From Camelus dromedarius (lineage: Eukaryota): a stretch of DNA of 64,000 nt. The position numbers were made by a program, and so were the translations under genes. The notes under the pieces were generated by a model. It had not been told where the DNA came from. It did not search any database and saw nothing but the letters and a program-made list of their open reading frames with translations. The DNA lies in contig NC_087437.1 in NCBI RefSeq assembly GCF_036321535.1, forward strand, positions 70,930,001-70,994,000, written 5' to 3'. The number at the start of each line of letters is the position of its first letter. The stretch's first letter is position 1. Of the stretch, positions 40,780 to 56,250 are shown piece by piece.

Positions 40780-41979
40780 TTATTTATATCACAGTATAGC
40801 ATTAACCTATTAAGTTCCTTCTTATCCTCAAGTGCATTCTAATCAATGAGAAATTTTCAAATTATGGACGATGGATGTGTGTGCTGTCTGATCTCAGAAT
40901 GCACTGGAGAACCTGTGCATGCCCCTGCCCTGTTCCCTTCAGCATCCTTTCCCTGTATATCTTCCAGCTCTGATACCTGAAGAGGCCAAAACATCAGGTC
41001 CTTAGAATGGGCACACTGCCGAGCTGCCCCATCAGAGAGCCCCTTCCCAAAAGATGCACTTACAATGAAAGAACTGCATCTTTTATATTTTTGAAAGACA
41101 GTCTGCCTGATGGCTTCAGACTATTTTGAAATAATTCAAAAAAGAGGTAAAGTTAGAAAAGTACATGTGTTTCAATGCAGAGGAGTATTGCTCTTAATTA
41201 CTCAGCTCACTTACCTTCTTCCATTTTGAAACAGTTTGCAGTAGTTGGAGAGAGAAGGGGGGAAAAAAAGTAACCTTGAGAAATTCAGTAAGACTTGCTG
41301 GCTCATTGTACCTAGTGAGCCTTTCCTATCCCATGGTGCCCATGTAGTTTGGGGTAATGTGTGGAGATCATTTCAGACACTTGCTTCTCTTAACTCCGGA
41401 GCACTGTGTTTGCTGAGTATAGAATTCCAGGGACACATGGGTATAGAACTTGAGCTACAAGTCTTTTTAGTAATAATTGCAGATCAAATGCTTAACTAGA
41501 TTGTATGCAAGTCTGGATAAATCCCCAGTCAGAGCTTTAAAATAAGAACTTACTGAGTCACGATTTCTACATCTCATATGCAGTATTCCTTAAATCATAT
41601 GTTGATGGCTAATCAGCAGAATCCAAAGACACAAATTAGATGGTACAATATTTACAGAGAAAATACATGTGTAGTTTGAAAAGTAACGATCCTCAGGGTT
41701 ACAGTTCCACCAAAAAAAAAAAAAGAGAGAGAGAGAGAGAAAGAGAAAGGTAGCAGTTGCAATCTGAACTCTCAACATTGTAGCCAAGAAAGGAATGAAT
41801 ATAACAATAGAGAGAGTTTTAAGACAGAACTTCTTGGTTAAAGGCGCCTGGACCTTCAAGAAATATGTTTGAGAAAGATTCAGAAGAAACACTAGGTAAG
41901 ACAAATTAATTATTCCTATTCCTCAAATAATATTCCGGCAGTTAAAGTATTAAATGCTTATTTTGGCCATATGGAAGCA

Positions 41980-42091
41980 TTTGTAAGGGCAGAAATCCTG
42001 TCCATCTTGTTCACTGCTGAATTCTTAGCACCTAGCAGAGGAGTGCTTAGCCAGAGTTGGTGCTCAGCAAATACTTATTAAATGAATGAAT
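41980..42091 (+). mobile_element. L2 3' end
   Basis: tcttgttcactgctgaattcttagcacctagca...tgctcagcaaatacttattaaatgaatgaat. Confidence 0.8.
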
Positions 42092-45000
42092 GGTAGGGCG
42101 AACTGAGCAAAAGTGAGGGGATAGTGTTTTTGTGAGCATTTCTCCCATTTGTAAAGTATAGTTAGTGATTTTGTTACCTAATTTTTTTCATTCAGCAGAC
42201 CTTCAAAACAAAGTGTATCACAGATGCCCTCTGGTTTGTATGCTGGGAAAACAATCACTTTCTGTTGGATGTGGGCTGCTACATGTTTTGATTCTAGTAG
42301 CAATATGGCAGGGTTAAGGTCTACTCTGTAGTATAATCTGGTGCCTGTTTTTGATAGATATCATGAAAATAGACACTTATTTTCAAGATGCTCAAACAGA
42401 TGATTAGGCAAAAGCTCCAGCAAACCTTGAAGCAACCAAAAGGAGAGGTTTTCCCACTCCCACTTCCTGTTACTGCACCATCCTGCACAGTTTTCTGCAA
42501 CCCCACACCCTCCTCCTTGTTTCACCCTTTTCCCAGGTCGAAGCTTTGCCTGGGGAAAGCACGTGGCTGTCAGCCTAGCAAGGAGAGGGTCTTGAGAAAC
42601 CCACCCCACACCCAGAGCTCCCCAGCTCCTCTCGCGAGAATGACGTGGTTTGGTCTGTGGCAGACAGAGCTGGCCCCGGGGACCAGAGGTTGGCTGGAAT
42701 CCTGGTTCCCTCCTGCTGGAAGGGCTCTCCAGAGAATTCTTCATGCCCATCCCCCCTCCACTGGCTGGACAGTAGACTGATGTGTAGAAAAACTAATTCC
42801 TGGCAGAATGAATAGAGGACTAAATGAATGAGAGATGAGTTCACTCCTCCAGAAGTCGCCGCCATCCCACTTGAATAGAAAGCTAACTTTGAAGCCGCTC
42901 TGTTCTCCGTGGCACGATTTTGCACATACTCAGCTTCGGAATGTGGTTGCCATCTGCTGCCGGTGCACAGGCCTGAGGAAGTATTGGGGAGGGTAGGAGG
43001 CGGCCAGGAGGGAAGACAAAAGACACTCAAAACGAGCTAATGATCTCCTTTGTGTTGGAGTCTAGGTTTCAGAACATCAGTCCTGTACTTCAAAAACAAA
43101 ACCCCAGTGTGTCTTAGGCCACACCAGGCGCCAGCACATCAGATAAGACCTGCGCTGTGTGGTGTTCGGCCACTCAGCCTCAAGAAGTTCTAAATGTGAA
43201 ATTAAAGGGGCCAAGTGAGGAAAGTAAAGGAGAAAGGCTTAGGGTAAAACACAGTCAAGGGGGCTCTGCAGACATGTGTCTTAGGGTTACATTGGTTCAG
43301 TGGTTCAGAAATAAATCTACTACTAAGGGCCCAGAAAATGCTGTAAATCCCAGGAACTCAAGGATCTTGAGAAGAAATGAGACACTTCTCCACCCCCTCT
43401 GAGAGTGTGGTGAGCCTTTACTAAACTCTCAGGGTAAAAGTGACTTGGCTACTGTGCACTGTTGGGGGTTTAAACAGCTGATGAAGAGTTCGAGGTAGCC
43501 GTGCTAGAGGCATGGGTGAGTGGTCCTTTAAAAACAGAAAACACTGTTAAGCAAAACCAAGTTAGGCCAGAGAATACCTCTGGAAGGCAGTGAATAGCTC
43601 TCAGGCCTTCCTAGTTTCCCTGATATTATCTATATAAATTGTTGATTATGGTGCAGAATCATCCTGCCAATTTATATGCTGAAGTGACATGCCAGAGAGT
43701 AATTATTAACCTGGGGATATACAGTAGTGCAGAAAATATTACAGTTAGGTGAACTTGGCTTTTGAAAAAGGTTAGCTAGTTGAAGGCAAGTTTTATTAGA
43801 TATTCAGTAGTGGTTTTGTATCTCAAGGTTGAGAATTTCCAAGGCGGGGAGACGGAAATCCTTTTGGCCATGCAAGGAAATAACCTCATCAGAGATGTGT
43901 GTAATATAAACGTAGAAGCGTCGACAATCCTAGGCATGCAGAAAACACTTTAGGGAGCACGATGTGACTGCCCAGCAGCATGTCACACTCAGTGCCTTGG
44001 TGTGGCCGAAACGGTAAATATTTGTTGGCTGCATGAGCTCTGGCCTTGACTCCCGTCTGCCATCAGGAACAAGTCGCACAACTGTGACTCAGCTGTAATT
44101 AGAACATCAGCAATGCCTCGCGTCTGTCTTGTGCACAGTTTCTCTTCTTAGGAACCCCATGTGTCTTCATAGTCTATTTTATTTGTCCTACAACATCCTG
44201 TGAAGCACAGCATCTTCATTTTACAGGTGGGACAACAGGTCCACAAAGGAATAACTTAATTCTCTGTTGTTAAATATGAAATGATTGATAACCATTATAT
44301 GACACAGCTCTTGTACTATTTTTCACATTATTTCAGGCTTCCAAAGCAAAGGACATATTTTATCTTTCTCATTATTATTTTTAATTGGTTTTCAGAAAAG
44401 TTGAGAGAAAAACAGAATTTTACAAATATCCCGTGGAGATTATTTGGTGTTCTCTTTTCTTTCAAGAATAAATTAAGACCTTCTCTGCTCCTCTTTCCTG
44501 GCTCTCTCAGCAGATCCTCAAAATCCCATGCCAATTTTCAAATGAATAAGGGCTCATTCTAATAGCTGGATCACAGTCCCCTCTACTGAGGAAACAGCCT
44601 TGTAAATTCATGTCTGAAACCTGCAGAAGTTACTTTAAAGTTATAAACTTTAACAGTTTGACCTGGAGGGTTTTAAACAGTACTAATATGTGACCTGGTT
44701 GTGAGTTCAGCAATAAATTTAAACTCAGTATATGAAAGGCCAAAGAGAAAACTAGTGTCTTTTATTCTCTCTGGTGACCTACACTAAATATTGCATATTT
44801 ACTTTGTAAATGAGGACACCCAGTGGCCATCAAGTGAAAATATTCTAAACAATCCCTGACACTGTTTATGCAAATCTAAATGGCCATTATCAAATCTGAT
44901 TGATAGATAGCTCTGTAACATCTGTTACCAAGCCAGTTAGCTTCCCTCAGTTAGGCAAGAGTTGGGGGTGGGAGGAAAGATTGCCCTGATCATTTTTATA

Positions 45001-48000
45001 TCACACCACAGATTTGTCATCTCTTCTCACTTGAAGTTGCAAGGTGTGGCTCAGCTTTGAGTTTCACTGAATCTTCAGATGACGGTGGGACCAGTGAGCT
45101 GTCTCTTGGAGGAAATGGAATCAGAGAGATGGGGACAGAATGGCATGTGTCAGAAATCACAAATGAATGAGCACACATTGTGAGAAATGCAGTGAACACA
45201 TAAAAAACCAATTGCCTTAGACCTTGACTTCATACTGAACTTCCCTAATGAGAGGGGTAGGGTGATAAGGGACTAGGAGAAGACTCCCCATCGCACAGGA
45301 CTGCAGGGACAGAAAGACCCCGGGACCACAGCATGTAGATGTGGCTCAGAAAAGGTGCGCCCTCAGAAGTCGGAAGGTGCCCACTTACTGTCAGCATCTT
45401 TGTGATGTGTAGTGGAGAGCTAAGCAAACAAACTCTGAGATAAGACCCACTCAATGTAAAGAAGTGTGTTGGACAGTGTGAGGGATCTGACTTTGTGGTT
45501 GTAGTTGAAGTTATAACAAGGCAAGGTACTAACCTCCAAGAAGCTTAGAGTCTTCTTATAGAGATGGGGTAGGCACAAAAAAAGAAAAATGAAGAGAGAC
45601 AGTAATCAATAATATACTGATATGGATTAACAATCAGAAGTTCAGACTTATTTATTCTGTAACATTCAGGTGCAAGAAACATTTTCATGTTTTTCTAAAG
45701 AAAATTAAACCCAAGGCCCCTATCACTAAGTTAACAAGAAATTCAGTCCACCTTCAGGGCTCCCTTCCCCTCCCTAGATTTGGAAAAGACTCATGACATC
45801 CAGGGAGGGGTCAGATCCTTAGTCTGTAAGTCTTCCATCATCGACATTGTCTACCTGACAAAGATGCCATCGAGCCGGGTCCATCTGACTGCATTAGTTG
45901 GGTTTAGATGTGCCCTTCCCAGTGGTTCTAACTAGTGAACATGGCCCCAGTCCCAGGATCCTCACTGTTCCTCTCAAGTAAGTGTATTTTTATGTCCAGC
46001 CTCTAAAAGTGTGCTGAGCAATCACCCCAACCAGAGTTGTGTGCAGGCAGAGACCTCAAACCTTGGCACCTTCCTCATTTGACAGGAAGTTGATTCTTTT
46101 CTCCCCTTTCAGGCCACTTCAATCTAATTCCTAAGTACCGTCTCCCCTCCTCACCCCAGAAACAGCTCAGCTTAACTCCTCTTAGAGAACCTGGATTCAA
46201 AAATCAAAGCCTCCTGTTTCAGGGCTTTGTTTTTAGGGCTTAACCTCTGATTCACGCTCTGAAGCCACAAGTCCCTGGTACAAGGGAGCCTAGAACTGTA
46301 AGCAAGGCTTGGTCTTTCTTAATCGCCTTATTATTACAAAAGTTTCCTAATTCCATGGGAAAAAAAAAAAAAACAGAAATTAATGTTTCAGTTTATTATC
46401 TCACCTACCAGTGGGAACCAGGAAAAGAAAGAACTCAGGATGGAGTTCAGTAATCAAAGAAGGCTCCGTGGAGAAGGAAGAACCTTGAACAGGGTTCTCA
46501 GGTGGTACAGGAAACGTGGGAAGTCGAGAAAGCACAGTAATCTCAGAACTTAGGGCAAATTCAGCAGAAGAAGAGAATTAAGAATGAATGCAGCCCATCA
46601 AGGGACGGCAAAATGTCCAACTTCTTGAATTAGCACAGAGATTGTATTTGGGGAAAAATGACAAAATAAGATCCAATCAAATGAGTGAAGTAAGACGAGA
46701 TAATTAGAATGTTACCTTAGCAGTAAAAGACTCTTACAGCTTAACATCCTTATCCTGTAATATGTAAATGATATAATAAAATATTATATAAAAGAACATA
46801 TAAAGAATTTAATAAAAAATAAACAAAATTAAAATACAATACTTTATTCCTAATTAGAATAATTGCAAAGTATGCCTTCCACTTCACTCACTCACCAGTG
46901 CTTCCCAAGGTTTTCAGTTCTGACAACACTTGTTTAGACTATTCTTTGTCTCAGCATGAGCCAGAAGGAACTTACGACATGCTCTTTCTTAAGGAAATCT
47001 TCTGCCTGCTTCATAATGGGTCACCCTGGGTGGGCTGTTGAGATGTAGTTTCTGCTACTTTCTTAAACTGGCCCACATCAAATCTCCTCTGTGCTTCTAT
47101 CTTAACCAGTCATCCAGCGAAACAAATTTACCTTTTTCCTTGGCTTTTCCTTGTTGCTTTGAGATAGAAGGCCTTCATTCCTCAGTAGGACAGTCAATCA
47201 TGGCTCAAGTCCACACTTTTCAGAGAGAAAGAGTTTAGCCCCCTTCTACGAACAAACAGAGCTATGCTTGAAAACCAGTTGTCACAATGGAAGCAACTTA
47301 TTTTTTTCTAGGAAGACACAAGCAAAGAGAACATTTGAGCATGAATCTGAAGATCTGCTTCAAAAGCAGTTTCAGAATAGCGAACCGTGGAGGACTAAAG
47401 GAAGTCCTGTGACTTGGGAAGCTCTGTGATTATTTTTGTCAAAAAGCTTTTTTATAATGACACTATACGGTTCTGTTTTCTCACTTACTGAAGTTTAGAG
47501 AAAAGTTGCCTCAAAGTCAAAAAATTAGTTTCTTACCTAACTGTTCTTCATCACCAGTGGACGATATTTACCAAAGAAATAGCTTCCCAGGAGTTACTTA
47601 CACTGGATCTTTGAACTTGCTGAAGTTAAAAATCTGTTTTACCTTTAAAAATAAGTCTATGATGATGTAGAGATCAAAAGGAGAACAGGTTAGTAAGTAA
47701 AAAGATGCTGGTTTTTATATAAACACTTTTTGAATGTATAATTTCCCCTCAAGCAAAATAAAGGACCTAACTTATTAACTGTGCATTTGAATATACAGAC
47801 CTTTCTTTAAGGCCTATCCAAAGCCAAGTTCAAACTGCATACTTTGTGAATTTAAGTAGATCCTTTTGTTCATTTTTTTTTAAATCCCTCCCACAGATGC
47901 AGTATCTCTCTGTTTTTGTTCCGTGGATTTAGTGAACAAAGGAAAAGGTTACAATAGGGCTGCAGCTAAATTTGTAAGGAAAGAGCTTTAGGGGGAAAAA

Positions 48001-50655
48001 AATCAAACTACTAAAAGGTGTCTCAAAAGGTTTACAATATAAGAGGATTTGAAGGCATCAACCTCAGATTTCATTGACTTTTCTCCTTAGTCCTAACAGG
48101 TCCTTCCTCGTCAAGAAGAAGCCATTTCCCTTCAGCTTTGGAATGAGGGCATAGGTGTCTTTCAGAATGTTGTCTAGCATTATAGCTACCCAGTGCCTTT
48201 GATAGCTTAAAACTTAGCTTTCACAAGCTGTACTGTACGAGAGTAAGGTGTTTGAACTTTCATTGTGTTAGTCCACGGGAATCAGATACTCGAAGTATAT
48301 AGATTCATAAAGCATGTAGCTTTTTAATACTCCAAAATGAAGTGTTAACTTATGTTCAGAATCGGTTCCATAAAGCTGATGTACAGTGATTTGTTGATTA
48401 ATTATTTGATGATATCCTCACCCTTTAACTAAAAGGATTTAAGTTGGCCTGAAAGAATGTTTAATACATAAATAAATAGGAAAATATATTTATATGTAAT
48501 ACAAAAAAAGAATCAGAGTAGAAGTAAAATAAGGAGTTGACAACAGAATGAGGTTGAGGGTAAATTTTACATAGAAAAGCATAACATAGGTCCTATATAG
48601 TTGCTAAAATGTAGCCTAATTTTTTTTTCTGTTTCAAGTAAAATTTTAATGTTAATTTGTCACAAAACTTTCATGTATTCATTTATTCATACAACTCTAA
48701 TGCTGATCCCTTCATTGCGTTTGCATAAGTGGTCTCCCCAGTGCTCCTAGCCAAAGACTGTGATGATACCAGTGAGATAGGGAGTGTAGGGACCTGCAGG
48801 GCCATCTGCTCTGGATGGTGGAGCCTGGAGCAAGCAACCTCTAACCTCCTGCAGTGCAGAAGTTCAGCAAGTCCCCCTCAGCACACAGGTGAAGGAGACA
48901 TGACTCAGGTCTTGCCCCTGGCAGGGCAACAGATGTAGATTCTGGGAGGAAAGGGCCTGAGTTGCCACCTGCATCCCAGCTTTCTCCAGCAAGAACTGGC
49001 TCTTTCCCAGTTAGTGTGACCAGCTTGCTAAGTAGCTCCAAGATGCGAAAGCTTCAGAGCATCACTAATCACCTGATGAATGAAAGAGCAACTTCAGCCT
49101 GCTAAAAGCATCAGAGCACAATCTGGGAAAGGGTGTGATAAGAGGCGGGGTCGTGGAGGCCTGGACACCTGGCCCAATTTCGTGTGCTGACCCACTTACC
49201 ACATGTGAGCCTGGTGGCCCAGATTGAAAGCTCAAGGGCTCTTCGGCCCTGCCATTTGACTTAGGCCTATTGACTTGACCAGAATTCATACTGGTTTTCA
49301 TCTGAGAGCCGGGGTTTCTTTCCAAGCCACAGAGACTTCAAATTCCCATCTCCCTCTGCAGCACCTCACCCTTACACTACTTTCATTTTATATATCTGGG
49401 CTGAGAAAGGACTGGATTTCACACCTAATTAAAAGAGATTGTATTGCCTGCTGTTTCCTTTCTTGTTCATTTTCCCTTGTGCATCGGCAGCTTTTTACTC
49501 TCATGCTAAGTCCTATCCCTGGACACCCACAGTTTAAGGGACAGGCAGGAGCCGGGTTCCTGCAAGACAGGGAGCCAGGCCCTCTCTCAGCTATTTCGCC
49601 ACAAGCAGAATTCCCCTTCGGTGCTCACTCCCGCCTCAGCCTCATCCCTACTGTGCCCACTCACAGAACACAGTCACCCAGAATACACGATCGCTTTCAG
49701 GAATAGAATTCCTCGCATGTTCTAGTGAATGCCATCACAGAAGGACTCTATATTTTTACTCTAGTGGAAAGAAGTTAGGTTATTATTTTAAAACATACAC
49801 AGAACTATTTTTATTACACTTTTCATTTGGCCCCATGAGTTCTATGTTAACATCACTGTGGGGTTTTTTGGGTTTTTTTGGGGGGGGTTGGGGGGATGGT
49901 GAGGGGGAGGTGGCATTCCCCTAATACACAAAATCTTTGTAAAGTTGTATGGTTTTGTAGAGTTTGAGGGTTTTTTTTTTTTTTTTTGAATAGCCCAAAT
50001 GCCTATTCAGTGCCAATCTAGGAGAGAATGGAGTTAGCATTTTCACACCATTCCTTCCTATACAGTCTCTGAATAACCATCTAATCAAGATTTGTTTTCA
50101 ATGGAGAACAAATCTTCTACAGTAGAGTATTTCAGATTTACTCCGTTGGAATCTATACATTAATGCCCATTGGATGAAAAGGACCTCTTTCACAAAAGCC
50201 TGGACATTGCCTTGCCGTAGGAGAAACTTTTTCCCACTGTATTAGTGGTAAAATAAAAGAAAGCCTGGGAAAGGAACTGTTTCGGCATTGTGTGCCGGAG
50301 GGACGAGGCATGCTTGAATGGACACGCAGGGCCCCCATCGCATCTATACCCATATCAGCAAAACCGATTCGGCCTTTCATGGCTGCTCACTGCAGCGTAG
50401 GACCAGTGCACTTGGAGAGATGTTTAAAAATTGTGTCTATAAGAATCCAACTGGGCCTGTCAGGTCAGGTTATATGTGTGCACAGGTTTGAGTTTGTCTC
50501 TGTGGTTTTTAATGAAGTTGATGACAATATGACTGAAATAATCATAACTCAGACTATTTAACAGACAATTTTTTGTGATTATCTCTGTAGGGTTACCTGA
50601 TTCAGATCAACTTGACCAGCTCAGTCAAACAAATAGTTTGAATTTTTCTCATGAG

Positions 50656-50659
<4 letters not shown>

Positions 50660-50689
<30 letters not shown>
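50660..50689. repeat. (TG)15 microsatellite
   Basis: Direct read. Confidence 0.95.
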
Positions 50690-50691
<2 letters not shown>

Positions 50692-50846
50692 GGTGTGTGA
50701 TATAATGACAGCTCTTGTTGACCATTTCCATCTCTAAAGCAGCCTCCATCATAGCTTTCAGTGTCTTTATCTTTTCTTCTATGTCCTGAGAATCAGGTTG
50801 GCCCTCAGTCTTTGGGCAATCCAAGTTTCATTGGTCAGTGATCCAG

Positions 50847-51075
50847 TGCTGTGTGATGAAAAGGACCTGAAGGGACATGGGTTCTAATCCCAACCCTGCC
50901 ACTTACCAGTTTCACTGTGTAAAACTTGGACAAGTTATTTAGCCTCAACTCCCTCTTACATCAAGTAGTAATAATGGAACCTGTCCTGAAGACATGCAGG
51001 ATTGTTGTAAGGAGTAAATGCAATGTGACGTGTGAAAGAGTTTGTACACTGTAAAATGCTAAGTGGTTATTACTC
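50847..51075 (+). mobile_element. MIR
   Basis: tgggttctaatcccaaccctgccacttacc...ttggacaagttattt...ttgttgtaagga. Confidence 0.7.
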
Positions 51076-51607
51076 ATTATGATAATTGCAATTGAACTTC
51101 TTCCCAGAATCATCAGAAAGAAGACAACTCTTTGTCAAATGTAACATCTTTAGTGACACAGATGTGACTGGTGCTGTAAGCAGTTGTGTGTTTAATGTGT
51201 GCTTTCACCTGTGTGGAAAAAAATTTTTTTAGCAAATCCATCCTACTCAGAGATGGTGATTTTATCAGAGATGCAACCAGTTTTAGTGCTTATTAACATT
51301 GTACTTAAATGAAAGAGACCTTGGTGATAGTAAAATGCATGTAGAAAACTCTACATTTTAGTACCAGGACAAGTTGTTGTATCTCCTGCATTATTCCATT
51401 TATAAAGTTTTAAAAAGATGTTCTTTATTAGATGACTGAGGCTATGTTGAAGACCCAAGGCCTAGAAACATGAACAGCATGCTAATTTGTGGAAAGGTAT
51501 AGAAGTAGCTGGAGGGCTTTCTGAACAAATGTTTCCACCCAGCTTTACAGCAGACCCACGACACCTAAGGGCCAGACTTCATTCAGGCACAAAGCATGCA
51601 ATACAGA

Positions 51608-51848
51608 TAGGAGCATGAACTGTAGAACCAGACTCCCTGGGTTCAAATGCCAGCTCCACCACCAATTCCTCTGTGACCTTGAGTGAATTTAATTTCTCTG
51701 GCCTCGGTTTCCTCATCTGAAATATGGGGGTAATAATATTAACCTACATCATAGGATTGGTATGAGGATTCAATGAAATAATATACATGAAGTAGTTAGA
51801 ACTCAACACATGGTCCACTCTTAAAAAAATGTTTGCTCTTGTTATTAT
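51608..51848 (+). mobile_element. MIR
   Basis: ccagactccctgggttcaaatgccagctccacc...tgtgaccttgag...cctcggtttcctcatctg. Confidence 0.85.
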
Positions 51849-53496
51849 GATCATGGTACTCATGCATGGGGGATTCAGCAAGCAAGACCTTGGAATTAAG
51901 GCTGCTGACTGATTTCCTGAAATTTCCTTCCTAGGTTATTGGGGCCTTCCCCTCAGTCCATATTTTGTATTAGCACAGTTATAGAGGATTCACCATGATT
52001 CTTTAATCTGGCAAAGACAGTTTGTTTTACATAAGAGAAAAAAATAGAAACAGTAGGCTAATGAAATATTTTAGGCACATGTCAGGCCTGATGGAAATCA
52101 GAACAAGAAGGAATTCTCCTATGAAAAATTTGCACAAATTATTTTACTGAAAGAGAACATGGAGCCCACAGGCATTTGTTAAGTTAAGAGGATATATGTG
52201 AGGCTGACTAAATGTCAAGTTGGGAGCAAAGGAAACGAATGAGAATATAAGGATATGGTCACACCAACTGAGCTCAGACAGCACGAGGAGATTGGGTGGA
52301 GCAAGGTAGCAAACCCAGTGGGGCTCAGACTTCCCTGAGCAGGTCCTTTCTCCTAAGGCAGAGGAGAAACAGCCTGAAGAGGTGGGCCTCCTGTGTGCCT
52401 GCCCTTGCCTCTGGGTCACTTCCAACAAGGAACAGGGACCTGGGTCACAGCCAACAGCCTGTACTTGGCTCACCTGATTTGAAAGCCTACTTTCTTAGCC
52501 TCCCTCAAGCTGATTGCTCAGTTGTGAAGACTGGGAATCTGATTGGAGAATACTTTGAAGAGAAGGATTCTTTAGATTCCTTAGAGACGTGAAGTAGAAA
52601 AATAGGAAGACTTGGTATTACAGACACTTGTTTTCTTTCTCAATCTGTGATCAAACATTAGCAACGTTATCCCTTGTCTACACAGCCTGGGGAATAAGGG
52701 TGACAACAGGTCAGGCTCTCCACATCCTCCACATAGTGGAGTGGTGCTTTCCTACCGGGAGCTGTTTGATTTCTCTAGCAAGTGCATAGAGCACCCAGTT
52801 ACCTCAGGTGATCGTACGTCCCACTTCGGATTTACTCCTGCTGTCCTGACCTAATTATTAATGGTGCTCCCTTTCAGTCTCAAAAGTGCCCAGTTTGAAT
52901 GGCAAATATGATCACCTAGTGTACTCCAGTCTCCCAGGCCAACGCCTCCATCTTTGACCTTTTTAACATTCCTTCTTTATTAAGCCCCAGAAAATTCAGA
53001 CAAGGACAACCACCATATCACAGACAATCACCAGAAACAGGTGGTCAGAGATGATGAGAAGAATGTGTAGATACAGAAAGCAGAGGGCAAGTGCCCCTGT
53101 AGCTAGCAGATTGCCTGTCCCTTGACTGAAAACATGCTGGCAGCTGTTCAGTGGCTATCTTACTCTGGGTTGAATTTTTCAAGGATTTTTGTGTCCATGG
53201 TGTGGATTTAGGGAATGCACCATATAAATTAACAGGAAGGGAATTCATTTAACTATAAACAGTGTTGTGGTATGTGAATAAAAAGAAATTTTGATAAATT
53301 GAGGAAAACGGAAGCTTTCCCAAAGGACCTGGGCTTCAGCCTATATCTAAAGTAGAGGTGCAATTTCACAAGAGTAAGTGTTCTGTTTGCCTTTCAGTTC
53401 TTATTCTCTGAAGCTGTAGGAATAGCAGGCAATGACCTGTTTTTTTAGGCTGCTCTGCTTATATCGACAACTCTGGCTGAAGGTCTAGGGGGTTAA

Positions 53497-55491
<1,995 letters not shown>

Positions 55492-56039
55492 TAAGCCATC
55501 TTCTGGAAACCCCAGCTGTGGCCCCATCACAGGAGCCAAGCACCCTGCCTGGGGAAAGACAAAATCACAGAAACTGTTTATGCCTAAGGGCCAAATGTGA
55601 AAGCCTGATACAGAATTGGCAGGCAAAAAAATCCCTTAAACACACTGAATGTTGAAATCTATTCTTTAATCCTGGAAGTTTAGAACTGGAAAAATCCTTG
55701 CTGATCATATACTTGTCACCTCATTTTACAGACTGGAGTCGTATGGGCAGAACAGGGGCAAGGGTTTTAGTCTGTAGTAAGTTTTATCTGAACCATCAGC
55801 TTGAAGAGGCCACTGCATTTATGGTCCCTGAAATGAGGACAGGTGATGGACTCGCTCTGTTTTCTAGCATTTATTCTCTATATTCCACATCTAGAGACCA
55901 CAGTCTGTTCTGGGTACTCCCTTTTAAAAAGGCAGTAGACTAACTGGGACACGCTCAGGATAGTATGATTAGGATGGTGAAGGGGTGTGAAGTCATGGCA
56001 TTGAGTTATGGTTGAAGGTGCCAGAGATGTTGGGCAGGG

Positions 56040-56250
56040 CCTAGGTTTGAACTGAAAGTGCCTACCGACCTTTGCCTGCTTGGGAAATTCACTGAACCTT
56101 TCTATATGTTCGTTTCCTCATCTATACAATGGGGATAGTAGTGATACATCTTTCCTGTAGTGCTGTTTTAAAGATTAAATGAATTAATATATATGAAGTT
56201 CTTAGAGCAATTCCCACTTTAATAATAAGCACTTTATAAAGGGTACCTGT
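56040..56250 (+). mobile_element. MIR
   Basis: gtttcctcatctatacaatggggata...aagattaaatgaattaatatatatgaagttcttaga. Confidence 0.75.
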